Below, piece after piece: positions 33,168 through 47,238 of a stretch of DNA of 64,000 nucleotides (its first letter is position 1; every line of letters starts with the position of its first letter). A model generated the notes under the pieces. The model searched no databases. It worked only from the letters and a program-made list of their open reading frames with translations, and was not told the DNA's origin. This DNA is from Coniocarpon cinnabarinum (Eukaryota): the NCBI GenBank assembly GCA_051942205.1, contig JAVECO010000026.1, positions 62,001 to 126,000 of the forward strand. The letters are read 5' to 3'. The position numbers were made by a program, and so were the translations under genes.

Positions 33168-35795
33168 ATGTCGACTAGCAAAGCCCAGGAAGCTGGCTTG
33201 GCGGGTGACGATGACGACAATGCGTCAGTCACTTCAAGCTTCGTGGATGTGCGACAAGCGTCTCCGGCGCCGTCCATCTCAACCACCACTCTTGACCCGC
33301 AAGAACCACCCACAGAGCCTCCCGCGTACTCGCAGCTCCCAGTCCCTCCCACAGACGAACCGACATGGACAAGCCATGACCCACGGGCTGCGTCGACTGA
33401 GTCGCTCTTGAATGAGGCTCCAAACCAAGACGGCAAAAGGCGCCTTTTGCTCGTCTACGTACACGGCTTTCTCGGCAATGAAACGTCCTTTCAGAGCTTC
33501 CCGGCTCACGTACACAACTTGCTCACCATTCTCTTGAGCGGCAGCCACGTTGTACACACCAAAATTTACCCTAGATATCGTACGAAGCAAGCACTGCAGC
33601 TTGCAGCCAACGACTTCAGTGAATGGTATGTCATAATACCCTCATGCTGTGGTGCAACGTGTTCTCACCTGTCATGACACAGGCTTTCACCCAACCAAGA
33701 CTCCAAAACCGACGTCGTCCTCTTAGGCCATTCGCTGGGAGGCTTTCTGGCGACCGATGTAGCACTTCTGCGGAATTCAGGTCAGAATGCACTCAGACAC
33801 CGCCTACTTGGCACGATCAGCTTTGACAGTCCCTTCTTGGGCATGCACCCTGGTGTTGTGTGGAGTGGGATCACCAGCCTGTTTCGTCCCACGCCGACTC
33901 CACTAAAATCACCGGAACCTGGAGACATCCCACCATCTGACACATTCACTCAGATGCCGACTTCAGATGCGCACTATAATCCAACCTTTGCAAACGATGT
34001 CAATCTACCAACACGCACAGGATGGGCCAACACACTGCATTTTGTCAATAAACACTCAAAGAACCTTCATAAAGCCACCAAGAAACTCGCAACATCCCAC
34101 GTAGAGTTCGGAAGCGAGCTTGCTGATGGTAAGAAGCTTAAGAGACGGTACTCCATGATCAAGGCTCTAGACAGCGAGGACGACGCAACAAGAGCGTTTG
34201 CTGTAGATGGACATTCCCGCCCAAAGCGCACCAGGTTCACAAATTATTATACGGCTTGTTCAGGGCGACCCAAAAAGCCTAGAGAAACATCTCATGACCA
34301 GATGGATACTCCATCCGAGCACAGCGAGCAGACACAACCCAGCATTTCTCTAGATGCAGCTGCGCGCCCAGCCTTGTCCGAACAGGGTGCTGGCGAAACT
34401 CCAAGCACGTCGCCAGCGGGGACAGATCCGCCTGCAAGGGATCGAGATTCTGTCTCCATTAGAAGCGTCAGCACAAGCGATGTCGTTATCCCTGAGACGG
34501 GAGCTGTGCCAAACTCGCGTTCGTATTCGAACAGTCCTGCAAATCGGGACTCACCAAGACTCATGCCCCATCCATTTGCCCAGAGTGCTCTTAGATCGCC
34601 ATCCCCTACTCCATCTAACATGACGCTGCCCTCTTACACAACAGAGGCTCCAACCCTTGACCCTGCTCCCCGCTATCCTGCGTCGTCTCGAGCTTCATAT
34701 GTAGCTTCTCCGAGGAGCGCCACGACACGAAGCACATCATCAATCTCGTCATCCTCTCTGTCTACTTTTACAAGCCAGGAGGGTCCGCCGACACCTATTG
34801 GTCCGCCTCCAGTTCCATCTGACTATCCTAGTAACAAGATTGCATATGCTGCAGACTTGAAGAATTATCTCAAGGCAAGCAAAGAGTACGCGCACGCGGT
34901 GAGACGATATCATAAAAGTCAAGTGAAGCAGCGTTTGGCTGGCACACGAAGCAGCTTTGAGCGGAAGAAAGCCGTACAAGCTGCGCAAGCAGAGGAACGT
35001 GCCCTGGAGCTAGAAATCCGAGAAGAAGAACGAAGGCGCATTAACGAGGCACCTACGCCTGAAGCACGTCAGGTCGAGATCGAAGCCATGCGAGAGCGCC
35101 GACAGCGAGAGACTCAGCTCCGTCGTGATGAGTTCAGAACACAAGTCGAGCAGATGCAGAGATCGGTCCAGGACGGAGGCACCACAGGCGGTCGTGACTT
35201 TTCGGATTGGTGCAACATGACTAGAGAAGAACGCAGGGCAGCTCGCCAATATTTCAAGGAGGAGCGTAAAGCCTCAAAGGATGTCGCCAAAGAACAACGC
35301 AAATTTGAGAAGGCGAGTCGCAAGGGTAGCCGTCACAACACGATCGCCAGCCCGTCAGAAACAATACCAACATCCATCGGCACGACCGAGGGATCTACTG
35401 AACTGCCCCATGACTATAGAACACAGATGCAGTCGCCCTCATCTGCAGCGTCAGCAAGCGTGCCCTTTTGGGAGAAAACTCAGGAAAAGGCTCCGTTGCG
35501 AACTAGAATAGAGGACAATAAAACCAGGGATAAGAGATTCTGCAGATTGCCCCCCAAGGACGCCTCCGGCAATCGGGACCCATGCTGGCAGCGCGTATTC
35601 TTGCAAGATGTGGATGAAGTGGGCGCCCATTGCGGCATGTTTTTTCCACAGGGTGCGGAGGGCGCTGAAGCGATCGAAGGTCAAGTCTGGGGGGAACGGT
35701 ATGCTTGGCTAGTGGCCGACGTTGCTGAACGTATCGAAACTTGGGCACATGATGATCTGACTGAACGACTCGTCAACGGGATTGATGCGCTATGA
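33168..35795 (+). CDS. Alpha/beta-hydrolase-fold (DUF676-like) protein with long low-complexity and coiled-coil insertions
   Basis: LLVYVHGFLGNETSF, nucleophile elbow LLGHSLGG after an intron (~33626-33682), FDSPFLGMHP, and C-terminal DEVGAHCGMF. Confidence 0.8.
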
Positions 35796-36509
35796 GATAC
35801 TCGACCTGCTGGGCACGCAGCCGGCATATCATCGGGCGCTGTGAGTCGGCGACACGAGGTACGTCTGCCGAGTTGTTTCTACAAGAACTGGCCGGCACTA
35901 GCGAAAGACTTCAGAATCCGTGGGTGTCGCAAGTACCATTGTTGGGAACTGCATCACGATTTTGCGATAGCGCATGCAGCAACGAGTTACGACGATGAGA
36001 ATTAAGGGTCCGATGGAGGTCTCCTCTCAAATCATTACCAATCACGACTCTCTATTATGTTTGAATGATAGACATCAGAGCGCGGTTGCCCCTAATCTTG
36101 CACCTCGGCATGTAGGCGACTTCGCATCGCGTGCTGAGCAATGATGTGTTTGTGATACGGATAGCATCAGAGTACGTACGACGACGACCTTTTATTAGTG
36201 GGGTAGGCATAGAAGCGCACGAGGTGCCTCGGCAGGTGACAGCAAACATGACTGGATAAGGATCAGAAGAAGCGTTGGAGAAGCACACCATTCAGCTGAT
36301 CGACAAAGGCTAATTGTAACCTTTTCTACTAGTTTGACAACGGTTACTACATTTGCAAATAAAGTGCAGTGATATCTCCAAGGGAGAACACTTTGCAACA
36401 CCGACGCTTGTGGGGAAAGCAGCATGAATGGTCGCCACGTAACATATAAGAGGCCCTTGCAAGTTCGTTGGCATGGATCAATGCGTCTCACAGACATCAC
36501 CAGATAAAG

Positions 36510-38076
36510 ATGGCTCTCAAGGTTACCTTTGTTGCGCAAGCTTTGCTCGCTGCCGCAGTTCCTGCCCCAGCGCCAGCCTCTCTACCAAACCTCAAAGTAT
36601 CCTTGCCAGCTCGGAAAGACACCAGACAAGCAAATGGCGAAGTAAGTCACGCGGCTCAGCAGTGCAAGCGCGCTGTTTAGTGGCCACTTTCCAAGGAAGG
36701 AGTCTTTCACGAGTAGCAAACACAATCCCTTGGGTGCGAGGTACCTACGCGGTAGATTGCGGCTTCGAAGTGACCGAGGTATTTTCACGCTTGCAGAATA
36801 ACTTACGGCTAACAGGTTGATGGGCCTGCCGTCCTGCACAGCCTGAACTCGACATTACACAAGTACCATGCCTCTGCTCTGCCGTCATTTCCAGGAGCGT
36901 CTGCCGCATCACTTCAAAAGCGTCAAAGCGAAGAGGCCCTTTCCGATCAAAACGTACAAGGCGAGGACATTGAGTACTATGGGATTGGCACAGTGGGTGC
37001 TTCGAGCCCTCAGACGTTTACCTTTGATTTTGACACGGGTACGCTGTCCCTTGGTGCTCAGTCTTGCATACTGAGGTCCGATCATTCTGTACTGACCGCG
37101 TTGCTGCACAGGGTCCTCGGACTTGTTCGTGCCAGGGCCAACTTGTGGAGCAGCGCAAGGCTGCAAGCCACCTCAATACCAGAACACTGGCACTGATGAA
37201 GGCAACACCACCAGCGTGACGTATGGCTCTGGCATGATCATGGGAGAGAACTTTCTAGACACGGTCACCGTCGCTGGACTTACAGCTACGCGTCAAAATG
37301 TCATCTCTCTGACGTCTGCGCAAGGCTTCAACACGTCAGATTCTAACTCTCTTCTGGGCATGGGTTTCTCGACGATTGCAAATTCCAAGATGCCAACCTT
37401 CTTCGAGAACCTCATCGCGCAAGGCCAGGTCAAGACGCAAGAGTTCGCGTTCTACCTTGGCCGAGCGAAGAGTAATACTCAGAGCCGCTCCGAACTGACG
37501 TTGGGTGGACGAGACACGTCTCGGTACTCGGGGGCTGTGACCCAGGTACCGGTCACACAAAGGGGCTACTGGCAAGTTGCCTTGGACCAAGTCGACGTCA
37601 GTGGCAGCGCGAGTCCTGTCGACACGGCCGTCACAAAGGGACAGGCTGCGATTGATACCGGCACGACGTTAGTCCTTGCCCCCACTGCCGCTGCTACCGA
37701 TGTCTTCTCTCGCATCCCGTTGGCTTTTCCAATCCCCCTGGTCCAAGGCAGCACGACACTGTTTGCCTATCCATGCAACACCAAGAAAGAGGTGGAGCTG
37801 GTTTTCAATGGGCAGAAGTTCGCCATCAATGCTCTAGATCTCAGCCTTGGGACGCTGACGCAGAACTTCGGCACTGTGCTGGGCAACAGCACACTGGGGT
37901 CGCTCATCTCCAGCCTGACCGATCAGTTCTGCGTGGCAGCTTTGGCGGGAGCTGATCTCATGCCGGGACAGAACTTCTACGTGGTGGGCGACACGTTCTT
38001 GAAGAACTGGTACTCCATCTACAATTACAACAATGCCAACGGTGGGCCCTCGGTCAGCTTCGCGAAGGCCGTCTAG
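36510..38076 (+). CDS. Secreted pepsin-family (A1) aspartic endopeptidase; 3 exons
   Basis: Signal-like MALKVTFVAQALLAAAVP, catalytic FDFDTG|SSD and AAIDTGTT, flap YGSG, and VGDTFLKNWYSIY. Confidence 0.92.
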
Positions 38077-39160
38077 GTTCCATCGCGGCTGCCTGTTGAT
38101 CCGGGGAGTAACCTCGATAGCTAGTAATGATAACGATGATTGACGACGGCATGCCCACGCTGCAATGCATCACGACGCGGTCTTGGAGAAGGTTGTCTCG
38201 GAGGACGGATGCACTGTCGATGTGCATTCGAGCGGAGAAGCGAGATGCAACGTTGGGCGATGTCGCCACATTAAGCTCGAGCGCGGCCACTAGAATGCTA
38301 GCGCCCGCTCACATGACTCGAGCCTCAGGGTCTGATCCAGGGCACGTGCCGGCTCCTCGCCTTGCCCTTCTTCTTCTTGTCGCCTCACTCAACTCCATCT
38401 TTCCTCGAGCGTTGCCCCTTTGCAACGTCGACGTCTTTCCGGACCGTTGCGAGCGCTCGTCCGCACGTCCATTGGTGAGCATTGTTCTCGCAGAACACAG
38501 GCCCTTGTTTTCGGACGGGCGACTCTTCTCCACATCGCCTAAAATTCGCTTAACCTGGAGTGGAGCCGGGCCAGGGATCGTCAGATGGCGGAGTCTCTGC
38601 ATCTATGCGTCGCGCGCTTCCAAGCCCCGACGCAAACAGGTTTTGCTCCCAATATCTGCCTCGAGAACCCCAGAGACGGCGCCTGTGTGCCTTCGGACGC
38701 TGTCTCTTCCGCTCACAGGTAGCTCGTGAAGCGCTTTGGAGGCCAAGACGCAGCCGACGCAGCGTGGAGCCCGGGGACGCGTCCCTTTGCGGTACTGCCA
38801 CATTCCTACTTCATTGAGTAGGATCTCCCCCGGAGCCGCTCAGAACAAGGCAGGCCCTCCCGTGTCTCAGAGCACTGATTTGCCCGTCTGCTTTCCTCTT
38901 TGCACACCACAGGTTACATGCCCGCCCTCATCATGGCGGCTACCGGCACGCCATGCGCATCTGCTCCCATTCGAGCTACACGCGGGCCATCCTCTTCAAT
39001 GGGCGTATATGAAAGGCTCGACCCCCGTCGCTGCGAGATGTTGTTGGAGTCAGGCGCGCACCGACTTCATTGCGGCGTCCACTCTCTATTCCTTTCTCCT
39101 CATCCTTTTCCTCTCTCCGATCTTACCGCATCCTAGAACGTCCTCCCGCAGTCCGCAGCC

Positions 39161-39943
39161 ATGCTTTCTCTCCCTCTCCTACTTCTTCCTTCCCTCACCT
39201 ACGCCCTCCCCGCTCTGGTCTCTCGTCAAAACACGTGCGCCCCTCTTCACATCATTGCCGCTCGTGGCTCGACTGAGGACCCTGGTGCGGGCCCCACCCT
39301 TCAACCTCTAATCACACAAATCGAGCAGCAGATTGCGGACGCGGACGATGTCGCGCTCGACTACCCAGCATCACTGGTCGATCCTATCTACGGTGACAGC
39401 GTGCACCAGGGCGTTGAAAATCTGGGCGATCTTTTGGATCAGGTTAGGAGTGACTGTCCGCAGTCCAAAGTGGCGCTGCTAGGTTACAGTCAAGGCGCAC
39501 AGGTGATCTTGGATAGTAAGTTCAGAGATCTTTGATGTTTCAGACTAGGTGCACGAGGTGCAGCAGCGGGGCAAACGACTCACGATTATCTTGCAGCACT
39601 CTGTGGCACGAGCGAGATCGGCTTCCTGCCCACAGCACCATACACATCTGATTTCGCCTCCCAATTGTCTTCCATTGCCATCTTTGGAGATCCAACGCAT
39701 ATCCCCGGCCAGCCGTATGACCGCGGCAACGGCACACATTTCGGCCTCTTTCCCCGCTTGAATCCCGGCGCGTGTGATCCATTTGCAGACAAGCTACGCA
39801 GCTACTGCAATGACGGTGATCCGGTTTGCGAGGATGGTTTGAACATCGATGAACATATCGATGAGGTTTATGATCGGACTAGTGGCCCCATGGCGGTGCA
39901 ATGGGTTGTGAGCAATTATAACGGCAGCCCTGTCGGAAGGTAG
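39161..39943 (+). CDS. Secreted cutinase / acetylxylan esterase (CE5); 2 exons
   Basis: Signal peptide, IIAARGSTE, YPA, CPQSKVALLGYSQGAQV, IFGDP, and SYCNDGDPVC...H. Intron at about 39515-39596. Confidence 0.9.
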
Positions 39944-40266
39944 TATCCACTAGACGCGTTGATTTAGAAGCAATGTTCACGCTGATATCACCCAATGCTG
40001 CCACGCCTTGTTTTTCAATAACAACCGGCGATGCAGTGAGTCTTGATGATCAGCTGCTGGCGAATTGGATGAGCGTGACCCGCATTTGATTCGCTGTCTT
40101 GCAGCGTTTGCTCCTGACTGTTTGCCAGCGGTTGCCTGCATATTGATGCAGCAGGGCCTCTTGTGAGTGATCAACCCCCGGATGATTATTGTACCTTCAT
40201 CAACTTCTCTTACGTACATGCTCATACTGCTGCCCATTCCAGGGCGAACTCGTTAGTGTTTCAATT

Positions 40267-41578
40267 ATGGAGAGAGATCCTCAGAGAACGATCATCAGTA
40301 CGCCAAAGCGTTTCGAGTGGGAGCGTCTTGAAGAACTAGAAACTGCTGTGAACGACCTTCTACCCACCTTTCCTCCTAAGCCATCTGAGGGGAAGAAGTC
40401 AACAGATCATTTGCGTCCCCTGCTAGAATTCGCAGACAATCAGTTAGAGTCACCTCCGAACTTTTCTGAGCGCCTTAACATGTGCGCTTTAGGTGCAAGC
40501 ACTCACCAGAGCCTTGCAGTCGTACTACTTGAGCCTGCGCCGTCATCACAGCGAATGACGCCTCAGGAGCTTTTTCAAACACCCACGATCAAGTGCATTG
40601 ATGAAATGCGGCAATGGTGCAGTGGTGATGTCTATAATGTGGAGAACACTGCCGTGCTTGATGTCCAAAGCTTCCTCTATAATGCGCTGGAAGAGACGAA
40701 ACCTCTACACAACTGGTATGTGACGGCAAAGGAGTGAACTTCTCAGAGAGTGCAATGACTGACCCATTATAGGCATGACGAGAATATTGAAGATGCATAC
40801 GCAGCATTTACCAAGGCTATAGCCCGTTTGCAGCCGGACGTCATCGTCATGTGCCAATGCGCTACGAGAAACGCTCAGAACCCACTTGTCTCCGAACTCA
40901 GTTCGTCCATGGATAAGATCGGAGAGCTGCGAGCGGTGCGCATCAGTGGGAAGGACGTTCTGATGGTGAACGGCTTCCACCCCAGCAAGTTCTTGGAACG
41001 AAGCTATGTCGAGAACGACACCGACATGTGCCCAGTTTTGGCGGAAGATTCGAGCATGCGGCGTGAACTACAGGCATGTCGCGAGACGGCGTTGCGTCGC
41101 GCTCTGCAACTGGCGTTTGCCGTCGCTGTGAATGCGCTTAGCGGCTGCGAAGTGAGCGGTTTTGGATTCACACGGCTTTGAGAGCTCCTCAGACCTCACA
41201 GCCCTCTCTGGGTATTCGATGACCGTGATGGTGAAGCCATCATCGAGGCCAGCTGCGTTTCTCCTTGTCCAGATGACGTGGCCTCCGACGAGCTGTTGGA
41301 ACAGCTGTGGGTGACTACCAGATGCGCACTGATCATGCAGCTAACACACTGTACAGTGAGGCCTTAGGATTGGGTGATAATGAAGCAAGGGACGCCAAGC
41401 GGCGAGCTCTGCAACGGTTAAGATTTCAATGCCACATAGAGTGAGCGCTCACAAGGGCAAGCAGCACGTCTACAATCGTGTGCGAACAGTCGTGAAGAGT
41501 ATTGTGCCTCAGGTGTTGACCGTCAAACCTTTACAGATCCGCAACACCATGGCGTCCAAAATGCAGCAAAGCTCGTAG
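40267..41578 (+). pseudogene. Uracil-DNA glycosylase-fold-like protein gene with an in-frame TGA at 41179 (truncated, recoded or pseudogene)
   Basis: Spliced frame (intron 40716-40772) contains AVVLLEP, NTAVLDV, LQPDVIVMCQ and VNGFHPS. The frame stays open after the TGA and is followed by a canonical-looking intron at 41307-41356. The 3' end is approximate. Confidence 0.5.
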
Positions 41579-42379
41579 CTCAACGAGCATTCCGCCGTGT
41601 CAAGGAAAAATACATAATCACAGGGCTGAGATACACGACCAGATACACACGAAAGACCAAAGAGACACCTCCGAGACTTCCTTCGAAAAGCCGCAAACTA
41701 GCCGCAGCCTAAGTATCATATTCCGCAAACAAGCAAAGATCATCACCTCCCAGGCCTTGACGTCTAAACCCTGCGTATTCCCTCCACCAACCCGGCATGG
41801 CCTCATCCTATTAATCCCAGGATCCTTCGGTATTTGCCCAATCCTCGGGTCTCAATGGCGAGACCTTCCCACAAGTACAGCTACACAAGGTAAGCAACCT
41901 GCACGTCACTCGCACTCCCTGCGTATTTCTCGTGCTGCGTAGAGTCGCGTAGATCCGAGTTCAGGGGTTTTCTGGTCAACGCTATGCCCATGCATGTGTA
42001 GCTGCATGCGGCATGCCGCTTACTGTTGGAGTGCTTGGACCTTGTCTAGTCTCCTTTCAATGAGGCTGATTGTAGGATTATGGGTAAGTTCCGTTCATCT
42101 CTCTGCGGAAGGGCACCGATTGAGGTGTTGCTTGATCCTTTGGAGGCTCGCATTGGTGGTGAGCCCCCGGGACATGGGTCTGGCGTTGTGATGACGGTGA
42201 TCTTGCAGGTGGTGCCATCGCTCCGCGTGAAGTATAGTCGGCCTGAGCGTCTATAAGGCGTATTTCTTCCCCATGGACCTTGCTTTTTCGTTTCTTTCGC
42301 TCCTCTTGCCTTTATCCCTCATATCGTCGCATTGAATACCATTCATACTCTGCATCACACGGTGACAAGCTAGATAACG

Positions 42380-43444
42380 ATGCGCTCTATACTCAACATG
42401 CTCTCGCTTCTCTTCCTCACCCTCACGATAACAACACAGTCTCAAGCCCAATTCACCAGCACGCCCTTTGCCCCCTTCTCACCCCCGTTGTCACTGACAC
42501 CCGATCCCATCCCGTCGATTGACCCCGTCGCCGCCGTCGTCGAAGAATTCGCGATCCGTCAGGTCATTAATACGTATCCGCTTGCCATCGACAGTAAGAA
42601 CTTCACGGCGTTGTCACTGGTCTTTGCGAAGGACGCGGTCGCGGACTATGGACCTGGTGTTGGAGTCCTCAACGGCGGACAAGGAATCGCCGATGGCATT
42701 GAGAAGTCGTGAGTCATGTTTCGCTCCCATTCTTTCCTTCTTTACTGCTGTTTTGGCCAGAAGGAGGAGAATGGTCGCGATGGGAGGTTGCATGATGGTG
42801 CTAGATGCGCCTGGGTCAGTGCCTCGGTCAAAGCCAAGAGCCACACAGTCCGAAAAGTGCAAATGGATCGATAGCAACAATACTAACGAAAGAAGACTCG
42901 CACCCGTGACATCCCAACACGCCTTTAGCACCCAACTCATCACGCTCCAAAGTCTGACTCAAGCCACCGCCTTGACGTACGCCAATGCCAATCAATTCGG
43001 GACGGGCAACAACACCGGGAAACTGCTGGTGTCGTATCTGCAGTATCAGGATCGGCTTGAGAAGGGCATGGAGGGGTGGCGGATTAAGAATAGGACTCTG
43101 GTTTATATGGTGAGTTACTCTCTTTTCACTTGGCTTCGTGCTGTTTATACATGGGACCGTCGAGGAGCAGGAATCATAGCGGTGAGCGTGGCGGTGAGCG
43201 CGTGGGTAGTAGATGAGTGTTCGAGGGTGGCGTGGGTTTGTGCATGTTCAGCTATCCCAGACAATCTCATGGGTTTGGTGGATGTGAGACGCTGTTAGTG
43301 GTGAAGCTTGTGTTGCAAGAGATCGAAGCAAGGGGCGAGATGATGAGTTCCAGTGGTCGAGTGATGGGTGGCGTGGAATGGTTCAGAGCGGTTGGCTGAC
43401 GAGTCCAGGGTCCAAACAATGGAGACGTCTCCATTTTCCTGTAG
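42380..43444 (+). CDS. Secreted SnoaL/NTF2-like domain protein; 3 exons
   Basis: Signal peptide, AIRQVINTYPLAIDSKNFTALSLVFAKDAVADY, SQH, YQDRLEKGMEGWRIKNRTL, and last exon GPNNGDVSIFL*. Confidence 0.82.
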
Positions 43445-43858
43445 CCTCCCATGCGGGAGGCAACAGTACTGACAGAATCAAAGAAAGTGACATAAGCAAG
43501 TATGCGTCACAGTGGCAATAACACTCCAAAGGGGAAACCATCCTCAGGGGTGAGCCTGCTACGTTTGTCAGTCTCCTTATTGCGAGGACCTTGTTGGGAC
43601 GACCTTGTGTGGGCATGGGGATTCGAAGAGCGTCGTCACGCTTGTGACGCACTGAGTAATATCAACTTGACGTCTCAAGGTTTGACACGACCTCAAGCGA
43701 TCTCGAGGGGCTTTACCACTTCAAACCACCACGTGCAAAAGATCATCAGGACAGTTGGCGAGTCTCAGCCCGGTTGCGATTATCGACGTGCCTTGAGACT
43801 GGACGCTGCTATGATCGATGCCACGCACGTGATCTTTAATTTCTTCCTCTTTCCACGA

Positions 43859-43862
<4 letters not shown>

Positions 43863-43899
<37 letters not shown>
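43863..43899. repeat. (TC)n microsatellite, about 18 units
   Basis: Direct reading of tctctc... at 43863-43899. Confidence 0.95.
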
Positions 43900-43902
<3 letters not shown>

Positions 43903-44462
43903 AGGCTCCTTCTTTGTTCGTTTGTTCAAAAGGCCACAAAAAAAACAATCAACATGTACGAGGCAGCCAAGCTGTCACCTAGATCCCCAGAAAGATGACA
44001 AGACCATGGTCATTACAAGACAGGTGTTGTGCACTTGCGTCCCAGTCGTTGTATTCACGAGCAGGGCTCAAACTCACCTGACATTGTCCGGTGGCGTTGG
44101 ACATTATATGAACGTTTAGACTGTGGTGTTTGGAGGCTCTTCACAGCATAGATAAAGACAAGATGCTTGAATGCTTTTCTGCCTCAATCCAGACGTGTAT
44201 CATGCGTTCGACATGCTGCTCTATACTCACAGTAATCATCCAATACTGATCCCTGTACCGTCCTGTACCATACCTATACCGTCTTCTAAGTATCCAATAC
44301 TAATTCAAACGATGCCTGCACCTCCAGACAGTCATCAAAACATTCCCCTCCAACCTGTCGACACAGCGCTTACGTTAATCACCCATCCTCTATCGCGTGG
44401 ACCACGCCGAACCCTATCCCTCACCTCTTGACAAATCTCCCACAAAATCCCCCAAATCCCCA

Positions 44463-46550
44463 TTACGAGCTTCCCCCAACCCCAATCTCATACCCCAACA
44501 AGACCTCACTCCCGCCGCCTTCCCATCCCCGGTTGCCCCCGGTACTAATCAAAAAGCGTCCCCCAGACCCGAGAAACAAACAACTCACAACACCAGTCCG
44601 ATGCCCCGGCACAATCGTAAACGGTACCTTTTTACTCCGTCGCGCCTCCTCGGAGAGATCGTATAAACGCAAAATATCATAGCTAGCACAGATCAAATGG
44701 CGCTGATTTGGCATCGCTCTTAGTGACGTCACGGCGCCGGATCCTGACGGGAACTTCAAGGTTCGTGTTGGAGTTGAGAGAGAGGCATGTAATGAATATT
44801 CGTCAACGGTGCCGTTGCGGCGGCCGGCGTAGAAAGTGTTACCGTCGGGTGACCAGGTGGCGTGCATGCACCAGGGCGGCGTGTTGCGGGTTGGAAGAAT
44901 ACGCGCGATGGGGTTGGGTTGTCGGCGGTCCCAGATGCGGAGAGGGCCGTCGATGGCGGCGTCGAGAAAGACTGTGTCGGAAGTCTGGGTGGCATCGGGG
45001 GGAGATTGTGGGGCGGAGAGGGGCGTTGAGTGATTTGAGTGGGCATGACCGTTGACGAGGGTGTTAGAGACATCGGGGAAGGTGGAAGTGGGTTGGGTAT
45101 TGTTGGGGGTAATGGTGCTTGACGTGGGTTGCGGGATGTTGTCGAGGGATGATGGCACTCCGTTGACCTCTGGAAGCTCTTGTGTCGCCTGCTCCGTGCT
45201 AGCATCATGGCCAGTGTCCTCTTCAGCGGAAATGCCATTCGCAATGGCACGAGAGAATTCGTCGTTTTCTTCGAACATGCCGCCGCTGCCGCCACCCACA
45301 GTCGGGTCTTCACCAAAGAGCGAGTTATGGTCTGCGTTATCGCCAAATAGTGAGCCCATGGGTGAGCCCATGTCATCGGCGGATTTGACCTCCTGCTTGG
45401 GCGCTTCTTCAGCACTTTGCAGCTTCGGCTCGTCCGCGTTGTTCGTTGTGAATCCGTTCGGCAGCGGCTGTTCTACAGCGTCCCGTGGCACAGGTAATGA
45501 GCTCTGTGGTCGAATCTCGATGGCTGAAATTTGACCTCGACTTCCCATAAAGTTTCGTTTAGTCTGGCCGGTGTTGAGATCCCAGTCGAGTATAACCTTG
45601 TCCCAGCTGCCCGACAAAAAAGACTGGTTATCTTGCGAGAGCTGCATGACGGAGACGGCGGATGTATGCTTGATCAGGCTCGTGATGCGCTTTCCCTCTT
45701 GATGGCGGACAGACTGGAGGTTGATGGCGCCGACTTCTGTACCGGACAGAAGCCAAAGCGCCTGGGGGTGCACGGCAAGTGAATACACAGCAGACAATGG
45801 AAGGGCCTCCTCAGGATCTTGTGGTGCGCCCGATCCGGGCTTGCTTTCTGCATAGAATGTTGTCAATACTTCTCAGGCACTCATTGATTCCCTTCACGTA
45901 CCTGACGGCTCCTCGTTCTCCCAGTAGCTCATTAAAACACCAGCCTTGGTCACGCTGTCCACAAAGGGATGCCGCTGCGCCACCGTAAGCAGCGTCTTTG
46001 CGTTGACGGTGTCCACCCAGTTGAACTTGCGTATCCACCCGTCGCCGCCACCGCTAAACACCCAGCGCATGTCGCTTGTCGCGGTAATAGCATTGATTGA
46101 AGTGCTGTGGGGTGCGGCAATCGTTGGTGCTATATCATACGTCTCAGCCGTAACCATCTCAGGCCGCACTTGCGACATCTGCGCTTTATCCGAGAAAGTC
46201 GGCGACACCATCGAGGGAGGCAAATTGCGCTCGGGTGTTCTATACTCGCGAGTACGGTCGTCGGTCTGGGCGTCGTTTCGGGAAGGCTCTGTTGGAGCCT
46301 TTGCGGTTTCCTGCGCTTCGTCGTCTTCCTCTTCGTTCTCTTCTCCCTCCTCCTCTTCTTGTTCTTGCATAGAGTTGTCCAGCTCCTGCGTCGCTTCTGC
46401 CTCTGCCTCTGGCTCCTCTGCATCTAACATGGTTTCGTCTTGTTCTTCATTATCGGACGAGCCAGCGTCGGACCCTGAAAATCACCGTCATTGAACCGTT
46501 TCATATCAGACTGCAAGGCATTTCGCACCTTCTTCCTCTAATGGAGCCAT
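44463..46550 (-). CDS. SPT8: SAGA complex WD40 subunit Spt8; 3 exons
   Basis: Acidic N-terminus, YDIAPTIAAPHSTSINA, LTVAQRHPFVDSV, SYWENEE, WLLSG..G.INLQSVRH, PPWCMHATWS, GRRN and GNRGW. Confidence 0.93.
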
Positions 46551-47238
46551 TGGATCAAGGTGGGGTTGAAATTACAGGCGGTTTAACAACGTCGTCAAAA
46601 AAACGCAGACCAGCTGCTTTTCCGTTCCAATGGGATACAAGATATCGGACTGCTCAAAATATTAGTGTGACGGTATTCCAAATAACGCGAGCAACGCAGC
46701 CAGCAACGTACCTACAGTTCTTTACAAAAGGCCACCCGCGGCCGCTGGTGATTGAGCTTCCTCCACTGGCTGATCCTAACCTGTTTTGGCTTAGGGTGAG
46801 GTCTCAGTGGAGGGAAAGCCTTCATTGTCCATCTATTCAGGACCACGCGTTACCTTTGACGCGATGATTGCGCTGCATCGCAGCTCGTTGAATGGAGGTC
46901 TGAAGTCTTGTCAAATGCGCGCAGCACGACCACGACCGACGATCACCTGTTTGACAACCAGTGGCAGTTTCAGACGGTTGAAAACGCCTAACGACGACAA
47001 ACAGACAGCAATTTCAGGTCATGCAAATGTTCTCGATTCTTGAGTATGCTATACGCAGTGAAATCTATAGTGTTGCCGTATCATCGTGCAATGTGTATGC
47101 TCTTGGTTCCATCCCCAACAAGAGCCAGAATGACGCCTGAAAATGCTCATGTTCCCGCTTGTTGCAGAATCGCGTTAGCCAGACGTCCATGCTTGTTGGT
47201 AGCATAATCCGCCCGTCGCGCCGTTCATCTCTACCCGG

